From: an uncultured Eubacteriales bacterium
Lineage (GTDB): Bacteria; Actinomycetota; Coriobacteriia; Anaerosomatales; JAAXUF01
NCBI GenBank assembly: GCA_964541375.1
Contig: CAZIPT010000004.1
Location: forward strand, 1 to 60,052
DNA length: 60,052 nt
Direction: 5' to 3'
The translations under genes and the position numbers were made by a program. Position 1 is the stretch's first letter. Every line of letters starts with the position of its first letter. The notes under the pieces were generated by a model. The model saw only the letters and a list, made by a program, of their open reading frames with translations. It was not told the origin of the DNA and did not search any database. Of the stretch, positions 9,049 to 18,162 are shown one piece after another.

Positions 9049-9543
9049 TTGAGCTCACGTGATCCTTGGTGGAAGGGCCGCCGAGGCGAGTGGTACGTCG
9101 TCGTCCAGGGCCTGCTGTTTGCGCTCGTCATTCTCGGGCCCCGCACCGCGCCCGGGCTGCCTGCGTGGGGCGCGCGAGCTGCGGCGGTCGCCTCGGCGAT
9201 CGGTCTCGTGCTGATGCTCCTGGGAGGCGCGCTCGCGGTCGCGGGGCTTCTTCGCTTGGGCGGCAACAACCTCACCGCGCTGCCCTACCCGCGCGAGGAG
9301 TCGACACTCGTCGTGACCGGCCCCTATCGGCTGGTACGCAACCCCATCTACAGCGGCCTGATCTTCGGTGCCTTTGGCTACGCGCTCTGGGTCAACGGAT
9401 GGCTGACGCTTCTCTACGCGCTGACGCTCTTCGTCTTCTTCGACATCAAGTCGCGAAAGGAAGAACGCTGGCTCGCCCAGAAGTTCTCGGACTACCCTGC
9501 GTATCAATCACGCGTGAAGAAGCTGATTCCCTGGGTCTACTGA
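9049..9543 (+). CDS. Isoprenylcysteine carboxyl methyltransferase (ICMT/PEMT) family protein
   Basis: LVVTGPYRLVRNPIYSG and EERWL...YPAY motifs; TTG 9049 after GGAGGTG. Confidence 0.85.
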   Translation: MSSRDPWWKGRRGEWYVVVQGLLFALVILGPRTAPGLPAWGARAAAVASAIGLVLMLLGGALAVAGLLRLGGNNLTALPYPREESTLVVTGPYRLVRNPIYSGLIFGAFGYALWVNGWLTLLYALTLFVFFDIKSRKEERWLAQKFSDYPAYQSRVKKLIPWVY

Positions 9544-9583
9544 CTCGTCGCCCGCCCAGAAGGAGCCGCGAACACCAGCTGCG

Positions 9584-10357
9584 TCACCTTCGCAGGTAGC
9601 TCAGGAGTCGCAGCATCTCGAAGTAGAGCCAGACCAGCGTAGCCAGCAGCCCGAAAGCCGCATACCACTCCATCGAGGCAGGAGCGCCTTCGTTCACGCC
9701 CACTTCGATGAAGTGGTAGTCGAGGAAGAGGTTGAACGCCGCGACCGTGGCGGTGACGGCGCTGATCGCAAAGCCGAGCCAGCCGGACCCAAGCACGTTG
9801 ACGCCGAACAGCTGGAGCACGAAGAGCGCGAGATAGAGGAAGAGCACGCCAAACGTGGCCGCGACCACCACTTGGATGAACCGGCTGCTCACGCGCACGA
9901 TCCTGAACGAATAGAGCACCAGGGTCACGAGCATGACGCTGATCGTCGCGAGCAGCGCCTGCAGCACGATGCCCTGGTACTGCGCGTTGTAGACCTGCGA
10001 GATCGCGCCGCCCCAAGCGCCTGCAACGACCGCATAGAGAGGGCCGAGGACGATGGCGATCCCGGGGTTCTTCGCGGCCAAGAAGGTCATGCCGATCAGG
10101 CCGAGGTAGATGACCAGGAAGATCATCGCGCTCGACGGCCTCATCAGCGTGCCCACGTTGTTCCAGCCCACTGTGCCGGCGGTCAGCGCGATCGCGACGA
10201 GCAGCGTGGCCTTGATGCTCGTGCCGCCGATGGTCATGGTCTTCGCTTCGGCGGCCGCTCGCGCCGAGTCGCTCGTGGCCCCTAGGCCCGCGCCTGCGGC
10301 GGCGGCACCGCCAGCGGCGACCGCGAAGGTCTTGTCGTTGAGCATTGCGTTTGCCAT
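9584..10357 (-). CDS. Bax inhibitor-1/YccA family membrane protein
   Basis: 7 TM helices; EWYAAFGLLATLVWLYFEMLRLL C-terminus. Confidence 0.85.
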   Translation of the reverse strand: MANAMLNDKTFAVAAGGAAAAGAGLGATSDSARAAAEAKTMTIGGTSIKATLLVAIALTAGTVGWNNVGTLMRPSSAMIFLVIYLGLIGMTFLAAKNPGIAIVLGPLYAVVAGAWGGAISQVYNAQYQGIVLQALLATISVMLVTLVLYSFRIVRVSSRFIQVVVAATFGVLFLYLALFVLQLFGVNVLGSGWLGFAISAVTATVAAFNLFLDYHFIEVGVNEGAPASMEWYAAFGLLATLVWLYFEMLRLLSYLRR

Positions 10358-10457
10358 CGGAGCTCCTGTTCGGTGTCGATCAGTCTTGCGTGGTCTCTAC
10401 CCGCCTCGGCGCGCGGCGCAACCGGCGAGGCGGGTCGGTCAACTCCAGCGTGGTCCT

Positions 10458-10838
10458 CTACACAAGCCGACCGACCATGATGCCCGCGAACACGGCCGCC
10501 AGCCCAACCGCCGCCGAGCCGAACATGTTGAGTGCTCCCTGCAGGTAGAGTCCGCGCTGCATGAGCACGATGCTCTCGTAGGACAGCGTCGAGAACGTGG
10601 TGTAGCCGCCCAGGATTCCCACTCCCAGGAACAGACGCCACACCGGGGGTATGAGTGCTCGCTCGGCCGATATCGCCATCACGATGCCCAGCAGGAACGC
10701 GCCGGAAATGTTGACGATGAATGTCCCCCACGGAAGCGACCCGCCCCAGCGCTCGACGGTCCACCAGCTCAGCACGTAGCGCAGCCCACCGCCGATCCCC
10801 GCTCCGGCAACAACGGCAGCGACGTCGGTCGGGTTCAC
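10458..10838 (-). CDS. crcB: Fluoride efflux channel CrcB/FluC
   Basis: GGGLRY, PWGTFIVN and GILGGYTTFSTLSYE motifs; GTG 10838 with GGAGG RBS. Confidence 0.93.
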   Translation of the reverse strand: MNPTDVAAVVAGAGIGGGLRYVLSWWTVERWGGSLPWGTFIVNISGAFLLGIVMAISAERALIPPVWRLFLGVGILGGYTTFSTLSYESIVLMQRGLYLQGALNMFGSAAVGLAAVFAGIMVGRLV

Positions 10839-10941
10839 GGTCGTACACCTCCACGTCCAGGGACTTGCGGCCGATGGCGAGCACCAGGCGCTCCCTCGGG
10901 GTCGATCGCTGGCTTGCCGCGCAAAGCATAGCGCACGGCAC

Positions 10942-10986
10942 TTGCAGCCACTTTGCTCTGCGGGTACTGTTTCGATAGGCGTCGAA
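10942..10986 (+). promoter_or_regulatory. Sigma70-type promoter with adjacent palindrome (probable ArsR operator)
   Basis: TTGCAG-N17-TACTGT followed by TTCGA-N6-TCGAA at 10971-10986. Confidence 0.55.
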
Positions 10987-11004
10987 CTTCCGAGGAGACC
11001 ATTC

Positions 11005-11364
11005 ATGCACCCCACCGCCGAGCAGTCCCAACGCACCGATCTGCTCTTCAAGGCACTCGCGTCGAGCGTACGACGCGAGATCATCACCATGCTCGCGACG
11101 GCCACCGGCGAAAGCGACGGGCGTTGTTGCGGGGACGAGGTGTGTGCCTGCACGTTTGCGGAGCGTCTCGGGCTGGGTGCGCCGACCATCTCTCACCACA
11201 TGAAGATCCTGCTTGACGCGGGCCTCGTGACCGCCGAGAAGCGCGGCCTGTGGGTCTACTACCGGCTCGCGCCCTCCGCACTCGCCGATGTCGCGGCGGC
11301 CGTATCCGGACTCGCGAACATCGAGACGCTCGCGGGCGGGGACACGGGGTGTGCGTGCGGCTGA
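11005..11364 (+). CDS. ArsR/SmtB family metalloregulator
   Basis: FKALASSVR...CCGDEVCAC...TISHHMKIL...KRGLWVYY; ATG after GAGGAG. Confidence 0.92.
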   Translation: MHPTAEQSQRTDLLFKALASSVRREIITMLATATGESDGRCCGDEVCACTFAERLGLGAPTISHHMKILLDAGLVTAEKRGLWVYYRLAPSALADVAAAVSGLANIETLAGGDTGCACG

Positions 11365-12290
11365 AAGACCGCCTCTCGAGAGCGGCCACCGCACTTGGAA
11401 TCGTGCTGGCGCTCTGGTGCGCGGCTCCCGAATCCGCAGTCGCTTGGGCGAACGGCCCGCAGTTCGGGGAGGGGTTCGGCACCCATGACTGGGTGCTCTA
11501 CCAGGCAAATCAGAGTGCCCGACAGGCAGGCTACGACTGGGTCGACTGGCCCACCGCGCAGTCGGCCACCGACGATCCCGACATGGTCATCCGCGATTTC
11601 TACTACCACGCGTACGACCGTACCGGCGTTCCCTACGGCGACTCCCCGGCCCGCGTCGCAGAGCTCTATCGACAGGCGGTCGACGAGCTGCGAGGAGGCG
11701 ACCGGCTCGCAGCCAGCCGCACTCTCGGCCTGCTCTCGCACTATCTCTCGGATACCGCGAATCCGCTCCACACCGACCAGTCGCCAGCGGAGTCGAAGAT
11801 ACACTCGCGCTATGAGGACGCGCTCGATGACCGGACTGGTTCTCCAAGCGACGAAGCCGCGCTGCTCAAGCCGCATACCGCAGTGCCGACGCGCGACGCC
11901 GCCGCGCTCACGGTGCAGCTCGCCTCCGAGGCGAACTCGGACTACATAGCGCTGGTCTCGGGCTTCTCGGCAGGGGGCAACACGCCGGAGGTGGAGCAGA
12001 TCTCGGCGAGAGCGCTGAGTGCGGCAGTGGGCGCGGTCGCCGACACGATCGCGGGGATCAGCGTGGACGCGGGCCGGGAGCGAGGGGCCGCCGGGGCCCC
12101 GGAAGCGGATGCAGGGCAGGCCGCTGCCAGGAGCGCGTCGGTGGCGGACGAGGGGCGCGGAGCGGGTTCGCCGCTGCTGGCCACAGAGCTCCTACCGGGT
12201 GCGCTCTGGTGTGTGGTGGGCGTGGTCCTGGGCCTGGCCCTCGTGGCCGTGCTTGCGGCGGTAGTGCTGCTGCGCAAGAGGCGCGGTTAG
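11355..12290 (+). CDS. Zinc-dependent phospholipase C / S1-P1 nuclease superfamily protein with C-terminal membrane anchor
   Basis: Signal peptide then mature-start Trp; TH, DDPD, HYLSD..NPLH and HSRYE ligands; C-terminal TM + RKRRG; start approximate. Confidence 0.75.
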   Translation: MRLKDRLSRAATALGIVLALWCAAPESAVAWANGPQFGEGFGTHDWVLYQANQSARQAGYDWVDWPTAQSATDDPDMVIRDFYYHAYDRTGVPYGDSPARVAELYRQAVDELRGGDRLAASRTLGLLSHYLSDTANPLHTDQSPAESKIHSRYEDALDDRTGSPSDEAALLKPHTAVPTRDAAALTVQLASEANSDYIALVSGFSAGGNTPEVEQISARALSAAVGAVADTIAGISVDAGRERGAAGAPEADAGQAAARSASVADEGRGAGSPLLATELLPGALWCVVGVVLGLALVAVLAAVVLLRKRRG

Positions 12291-13267
12291 CGCGTCGAGT
12301 TCAGGTAGGCGACGACGCCGTCGCTGATGCCCGTCGCGAGTTTCTGCTGGTAAGCAGGGGTTGCGAGCAGCCGATCCTCGGCGGCGTTGGACATCATCCC
12401 CATCTCTACTATGACCGCAGGAACCTTACTCCAGTTGAAGCCGCTCATCGCCGCAGTCGGCATGATCCCGCGGTCCTTGGCGCCCGTTGTCTTCAATGCC
12501 GCCGAATGGATCGCCTTGCCTGCCTTGGCCGACGGCGCCACGATGGGCCCCGTCCATTGGTTCTTGGCGGGCACCATGGTCAGCAGACCGTGAAGGCTGC
12601 GGTTGGTCACGTCGTCGCAGTGGATGCGGAGCAGCAGGTCAGCGCCTGCCTTGTTGGCGATTGCCGCGCGCTGCGAGTTGCTGATGTTCACGTTCTGTGA
12701 CGTTCGGACCATGATCACTTTCACGCCACGCGCCTGAAGCTCCTTTTGGATGAGGAGCGAGACCTTGAGGTTGACGGCGGACTCGAGTTGGCGGGTCGCC
12801 GAGCCGCTCGCGCCGCTGGTGACCGAGGGCTTGGTCGTCTTGGCACCGGGTCCTATCGGCTCGGGCGTGTTGCTGCCTTTGCCCTGGTGGCCTGCGTCGA
12901 TCACGACTACGAATGCGCCGTTCTTGGTGGTCGTCGCGGGAGGTGGCGTGGGCGCAGGGGCAACCGCCTTGGGCTTGGGAGCGGGGGGCGTCGCCTTGAC
13001 GACGGGCTTGCTTGCGGCTGCCGATTCAGCGCTGCTCACGGTGGGCGTGGCCGGCTTGGCGACTACTCGCGGTTCGATGGAGGGCTTGGCTACAGGGACG
13101 TCGATGGTCTTGGTCGTGTCCGGGCCGACCATGGCACCCGCGAACGCGAACACGCCCCACCCGGCGAGCGCCACGGCGACCAGGATACCCACAAGCGTGA
13201 CGACGATCCGCGTGACTGACGCGGAGTCATCTCGGCGATGCCTGTAGCCTGGATCTGCGGGAGCCAT
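12287..13267 (-). CDS. N-acetylmuramoyl-L-alanine amidase (Amidase_3)
   Basis: IDAGHQG, E, RIHCD and IVEMG motifs; TM anchor and Pro-rich linker. Confidence 0.92.
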   Translation of the reverse strand: MAPADPGYRHRRDDSASVTRIVVTLVGILVAVALAGWGVFAFAGAMVGPDTTKTIDVPVAKPSIEPRVVAKPATPTVSSAESAAASKPVVKATPPAPKPKAVAPAPTPPPATTTKNGAFVVVIDAGHQGKGSNTPEPIGPGAKTTKPSVTSGASGSATRQLESAVNLKVSLLIQKELQARGVKVIMVRTSQNVNISNSQRAAIANKAGADLLLRIHCDDVTNRSLHGLLTMVPAKNQWTGPIVAPSAKAGKAIHSAALKTTGAKDRGIMPTAAMSGFNWSKVPAVIVEMGMMSNAAEDRLLATPAYQQKLATGISDGVVAYLNSTR

Positions 13268-13386
13268 GTTTCTCCGTCACTTTGGGCACGTTCTCCAACG
13301 AGCGCGGTTCGAACTCGAGCGCGTTCCAGTCGTGGTAAAGAGAACCCTATGCCAACCACGGCAGGTGTTGAGGCCGCGCCCGACCG

Positions 13387-15267
13387 CTAGGGCGTCGGCG
13401 TTGGCCCATCGATCGTGATGGTGACGGTGGAACCGATGTCGGCTCGCTTGCCGGCGATGGGGTCTTGGCTGGTGACCGCGAGCGTGTTCGAGCCCGCCGC
13501 CACCACGACGGTGACCTTGAAGCCGGCTCCGGTCAGCGCGGATCGGGCCTCGGCCTCGGTCTTGCCGATGACTGCAGGCACGAGCGCAGTCGCCGGGCCG
13601 CTGGCCACCGTGATGCTGACCGTGGAGCCCTTGGCCACCGAGACACCGCTGGGCGGGTTCTGGGACATGACCGAGCCCTTATCCACCTTGTCGCTCGTGG
13701 ACTCTCGGGTCGAGACCTTGAACCCGGCCTTCTGAAGCGTCGAGGTTGCTGATGACTGCGACTTTCCGGTGACATCGGGAACCTGTATGAGCTCGGTCCC
13801 GCGAGATACGACGTAGCTGACCACACTGCCCTTCGCCGCCTGGGTGCCCCCGGCCGGAGTCTGCTTGAAGACGGTCCCGGAGGTGACGTCCTTGTTGAAC
13901 TCCGACGGGAGCGCTTGCGGGCTGAAGCCCGCTGTCTCAAGCGCCTTGAACGCCTCGGACTCCGTCATGCCCGTGACGGTGGGCACCGAGCTGAGGTTCG
14001 GGCCCCGGGAAAGCGTCAGCGCGACGGAGGTGCCCTTCTTCGCGCTGGAGTTGGCCGCCGGTTGCTGGCTGACCACTGAGCCCGCAGGCACGGCGTCGGA
14101 GAAGTCGTCTGTCACGGCGCCTACAACGAAGCCGGCTTGGGTCAGGAGCGTCTGGGCCTCGGCGCGTGTCTTGCCGGTGACGTCGGGGATGGCGGCGCTC
14201 TTGGGACCGAAGGCGCCCATGCCCCAAGCTACGCCGAGACCGGCCATCGCGAGCAGCGCGACGGCAAGAATCCAAGGCCACACAGGGCGCTTCTTGGCAA
14301 CCGGACTGCGTGCACTCTGCTGGCCGTAGCCGTCGGAGCCAGCGGTGCCGACGGAGGGGAGCACGGACGTGGCGTCCATCCGAGCGGCCGCGGCTGCCGC
14401 GGCGCCGCCCGCAACCATTGCGCCGGCGGCTGCCGATGCTGCGTGTACCGGCTCGCCCGCGACCACGCGCCGCAGATCCTGGCGCATCTCATCCGGCGAC
14501 GAATACCGGTCCGGCGCCCGCTTCTGCATGGCCTTGACGATGATCGCCTCGAGGCCCGGATCGATCTGGCTATTGCGAGCGCTCGGCGGCAGGGGCTGCT
14601 CGTTGACCTGCTTCAGCGCCACGGCGACGGGTGTATCGGCATCGAACGGCAGTGTGCCGGTCACGCATTCGTAGAGCACGACGCCGAGCGAATAGAGGTC
14701 GCTCGCGCCCGTGAGCTCCTTGCCCTGGGCCTGCTCGGGCGACACGTAGTGCGCGGTGCCGAGAACGGAGCCGGTCTGCGTCATGGTGGAGTTGCCCGCT
14801 CGAGCGATGCCGAAGTCCATGACCTTCACCGAGCCATCAGGCTGCACCATGATGTTGTGCGGCTTGATGTCCCGGTGGATGATGTCGTAGCCGTGGGCGA
14901 CCGAAAGTGCCGATGCGACCTGCGCGCCGATATCGGCGACCTTCTTGGAGGGCAGCGCACCCTTGTCCAGGATGATCGACTTCAGGTCGGTTCCTCGGAC
15001 GTATTCCATGACGATGTAGTAGGTGTCGCCGTCGGCGCCCCAGTCGTACATGTTCACGATGTTGGGGCTCTGGAGGTTGGCTGCCGCCTGGGCTTCCTGG
15101 CGGAAGCGCGAAGCGAAGGCCGGATCGGACGCGTAGCGAGCGTGCATCACCTTGACGGCGACGGTGCGCCCGAGCGTCTCGTCCACAGCCTTGTACACGT
15201 CGGCCATACCGCCGGTGCCGATCTTCTCGGTCACGCGGTACCTGCGGCCAAATACCAGATCTTCCAC
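13387..15267 (-). CDS. pknB: PASTA-domain Ser/Thr kinase (PknB/Stk1)
   Basis: GTGGMADVY, HRDIKPHN, DFG; TM; four PASTA repeats. Confidence 0.95.
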   Translation of the reverse strand: MEDLVFGRRYRVTEKIGTGGMADVYKAVDETLGRTVAVKVMHARYASDPAFASRFRQEAQAAANLQSPNIVNMYDWGADGDTYYIVMEYVRGTDLKSIILDKGALPSKKVADIGAQVASALSVAHGYDIIHRDIKPHNIMVQPDGSVKVMDFGIARAGNSTMTQTGSVLGTAHYVSPEQAQGKELTGASDLYSLGVVLYECVTGTLPFDADTPVAVALKQVNEQPLPPSARNSQIDPGLEAIIVKAMQKRAPDRYSSPDEMRQDLRRVVAGEPVHAASAAAGAMVAGGAAAAAAARMDATSVLPSVGTAGSDGYGQQSARSPVAKKRPVWPWILAVALLAMAGLGVAWGMGAFGPKSAAIPDVTGKTRAEAQTLLTQAGFVVGAVTDDFSDAVPAGSVVSQQPAANSSAKKGTSVALTLSRGPNLSSVPTVTGMTESEAFKALETAGFSPQALPSEFNKDVTSGTVFKQTPAGGTQAAKGSVVSYVVSRGTELIQVPDVTGKSQSSATSTLQKAGFKVSTRESTSDKVDKGSVMSQNPPSGVSVAKGSTVSITVASGPATALVPAVIGKTEAEARSALTGAGFKVTVVVAAGSNTLAVTSQDPIAGKRADIGSTVTITIDGPTPTP

Positions 15268-15393
15268 GTAGAGCCCCCGTGCTCGTCACCTGCGGGAAAG
15301 ATTCCCCACTGCCGATATTCTAGTCTACTTATCCAGCTTCTCAGGCCCTATGACCCCGCGCGTTTCCGCAGCGTTGCCGCATGGCCGTTGTGC

Positions 15394-18150
15394 CTACTTC
15401 GCCTGCTGTGCCTTGAGGGCCGCCTGGAGCACCGGTCTGGCGGCTGGCGCAGCCACCTGACCGCCGACGCCGCCGCCCTCGATCATGATCGCCATCGCGA
15501 CGGTCGGGTTGTCGGCGGGGGCGAATGCGATGAACCACGCGTTGGTTGGTTTGCCCTTGCCGACCTCGGCTGTTCCGGTCTTGCCGGCGATCTTCACGCC
15601 CTCGATCTGCGCTCGTGCACCAGAGCCGCCGGTCACGACCTTCTGCATGATCTGTGTGACCTGCTCGGCGGTGGCCGCGTCTGTGGCGGTGGTAAACGTC
15701 CTGGGCCGTGCCTGCGCGAGCGTGCGTCCCGATCGGTCTCGGACGCCTCCCACCACGTACGGCGCCATGACCACTCCGTCGTTGGCGATGCCCGCCGCGA
15801 CGAGCGCCATCTGCAGCACGGTGGACTGCGGTCCGGCAGGGCTCTCGTGCTCGCCGACCGGCTGGCCGACGCCCGCCCAGGCGGTCTCCCATGTGGTCAT
15901 CTCGGCGGGGTTTGGCATGAGTGACGTCTTTGCCGGCAGTTCGTAGGGGACCTTGGCGTCGAAGCCGAACTGGTCGGCCTGCTTGACCAGCGCGGGTGCG
16001 CCCATCTTGACCGCAAGTTGCGCGAAGACGGTGTTGACCGACTTCATCGTGGCCGAGACCAGGTCGATCTTGTCGTAGCTGCCGCCCTCGAAGTTGGTGA
16101 CCGGCGCGTTGCCGATGTCCATCGAGCCGGGACCCGGGAGCACGGTCTCCGGCGTCGCGACTCCACTCGCGAGCGCTCCGGTCAGCGTCACGACTTTGAA
16201 GGTCGAGCCCGGCGCGTAGACGGCCGAGCGCGCGCGGTCGATCAGCGGTGCGCCGGAGCCAGGGGCCTGCAGCTTGGCCCAGTCGGCGTCGATGTCGTTG
16301 GGGTCGTAGCCGGGGTTCGCGGTCATCGCGAGCACGGCCCCGGAGCGCGGGTCGAGCACCACGGCAGCGCCCTTACGGCCGTCCAGAGCCTTGATCGCTG
16401 CCGACTGCACTCCGCTATCGAGCGTCAGCAACACGTCGTTGCCCGGCACCGAGCGACCCACCGCGCCGTCGAACGCGTCGCCCCACGTCGCGAAGATGCG
16501 CTGGCCACCGGCGAGCACGTCGTTCTCGGCGGCCTCGATGCCGGCCCGGCCGTAGCGCGGGCTGAAGTAGCCCACCGTGTGCGCCGCGAACTCGCCCTTA
16601 GGGTAGACGCGCTTGTACGTGCCGTTGCCGAGCGGTTCCGACTGCGCGAGCACGATGCCGTCTCGGGTCAGGATCGCGCCGCGGTCGCTGCGCGCCTCGG
16701 CAGCAAGGTTTCGCGTGTTGACTGCGTTGTTGGTGAGCGAACGGGCGTCGATGACCTGGATCCAGGTGAGGTTGGCGATCAGCGCGACCATGAGACCCGC
16801 GATGACGATTGTTACGCCGGTCAGGCGCCGACCAAGCGCAAGCCTGCCGAGAACCCCAAGGTCGGTCGAGGTCAGCTGCATCTCGGTCTCGATGCCGGTG
16901 CCCTCATCGCCCGCGCGCAACAGCAGCGCGAGCGCGATGAAGCTCGACAGAAGTGACGAGCCGCCGTAGCTCACGAACGGCAACGTCACGCCGGTCAATG
17001 GGATGAGCCGCGTGACGCCGCCCACGATCACAAACGCTTGCAGCGCGATTGCGGCGACCAGTCCGACAGCCGTGAAGGCCGCCATGTCGGTCTTGGCGCG
17101 CGAGGCCGTGGCCAGCCCGCGCACCGAGAAGATCAGGAAGCAGATGATGACCGCCGCGCCGCCCAGCAGCCCTAGTTCCTCGCCGATCGCCGAGAAGATG
17201 AAGTCGGTCGAGACGAACGGAATCCGCGTGGGCAGGCCCATGCCGAGCCCCGCGCCCGTCAGGCCGCCGGCAGCCAGCGCGAAGAGCGACTGCAGGAGCT
17301 GGTAGCCCTTGCCCGCCGCATCGGCGAAGGGGTTGAGCCAGATGTCGACGCGCGTGCGGACGTGGCCAAAGGCGAAGTATGCCGCCGTTGCACCGACGCC
17401 GAAGAGCGCGAGGCCCACTACCACGTAGGCTGCTCGGCCTGTGGCGGCGTAGAGCATCACCAGGAAGATCGCAAAGAACAACAGCGACGACCCCAGATCT
17501 CGCTCGAAGACGAGCACCAACAACGAGACGACCCACATGAGCAGCAGCGGCCCCAGCGTGCGCGGCTCCGGCAGCTTGATGCCGAGGACGCTTCGGGTTG
17601 AGACGGAAAGCATCTCGCGGTTCTCGGCGAGGTAGGCGGCGAGGAAGAGCACGATGAGGATCTTGGCGATCTCACCGGGCTGGAACGACAGGCCGCCGAT
17701 GCGGATCCACAGCTTCGCGCCGTTGATCTCCCGGCCGATGAACGCGGGCAAGAGCAGTAGCCCGAGACCGGTGACCATGAGCGTGTACTTGTAGCGCGCA
17801 AGGCGCTCGAGCGACGGTACTGCGATGAGCGTGAGCACGAGAGCGGCGACACCGATGAAGAGCCACACGACCTGGCTGGCGGCCAGCTTGGGGTCGAGGC
17901 GCGTGACCATCGCCAGGCCGATGCCCGAGAGCGCGTACGCGATCGGCAGCAGCCCGGGATCGGCGAGGGGCGCGAAGCGGCGCACGGCCATGTGCGCCAG
18001 CAGGAATGCGAGCAGAAGCGAGCCCGGAACGAAGAGGCTCGCCACATCGACCGTCTTGAGGCGCTGGGCATCCACGAGCGCGAAGATCAGCAGTACCGGC
18101 GGCGTCGCGGCCAGCAGCAGGAGTAGCTCGGTGGTGCGGCGAGGTCTCAT
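15394..18150 (-). CDS. Fused RodA/FtsW (SEDS) and PbpA class B penicillin-binding protein
   Basis: SEDS motifs FQPGEIAK, TDFIF, LPFVSYGGSS; transpeptidase STFK, SVN, KTG in one 918-aa frame. Confidence 0.93.
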   Translation of the reverse strand: MRPRRTTELLLLLAATPPVLLIFALVDAQRLKTVDVASLFVPGSLLLAFLLAHMAVRRFAPLADPGLLPIAYALSGIGLAMVTRLDPKLAASQVVWLFIGVAALVLTLIAVPSLERLARYKYTLMVTGLGLLLLPAFIGREINGAKLWIRIGGLSFQPGEIAKILIVLFLAAYLAENREMLSVSTRSVLGIKLPEPRTLGPLLLMWVVSLLVLVFERDLGSSLLFFAIFLVMLYAATGRAAYVVVGLALFGVGATAAYFAFGHVRTRVDIWLNPFADAAGKGYQLLQSLFALAAGGLTGAGLGMGLPTRIPFVSTDFIFSAIGEELGLLGGAAVIICFLIFSVRGLATASRAKTDMAAFTAVGLVAAIALQAFVIVGGVTRLIPLTGVTLPFVSYGGSSLLSSFIALALLLRAGDEGTGIETEMQLTSTDLGVLGRLALGRRLTGVTIVIAGLMVALIANLTWIQVIDARSLTNNAVNTRNLAAEARSDRGAILTRDGIVLAQSEPLGNGTYKRVYPKGEFAAHTVGYFSPRYGRAGIEAAENDVLAGGQRIFATWGDAFDGAVGRSVPGNDVLLTLDSGVQSAAIKALDGRKGAAVVLDPRSGAVLAMTANPGYDPNDIDADWAKLQAPGSGAPLIDRARSAVYAPGSTFKVVTLTGALASGVATPETVLPGPGSMDIGNAPVTNFEGGSYDKIDLVSATMKSVNTVFAQLAVKMGAPALVKQADQFGFDAKVPYELPAKTSLMPNPAEMTTWETAWAGVGQPVGEHESPAGPQSTVLQMALVAAGIANDGVVMAPYVVGGVRDRSGRTLAQARPRTFTTATDAATAEQVTQIMQKVVTGGSGARAQIEGVKIAGKTGTAEVGKGKPTNAWFIAFAPADNPTVAMAIMIEGGGVGGQVAAPAARPVLQAALKAQQAK

Positions 18151-18162
18151 CGGCGGCGTCCC

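Noticed and set aside
10839-10930. Fluoride riboswitch upstream of crcB
   Set aside because: A partial GGTGCTCGCC likeness only; the GGCGATG start and the GCTGATG pseudoknot strand are missing.
11362-11364. TGA after CACG in ArsR as possible selenocysteine
   Set aside because: The protein is already full length, the stop overlaps the next gene start, and no clear SECIS is visible.
15311-15318. GCCGATAT sigma28-like -10 between pbpA and pknB
   Set aside because: Wrong strand for the local genes and no properly spaced -35.
14137-15924. Long antisense ORFs (also 20752-22074, 28209-29861, 48196-49824, 58399-59940)
   Set aside because: Shadow frames opposite well-supported genes, expected at high GC.
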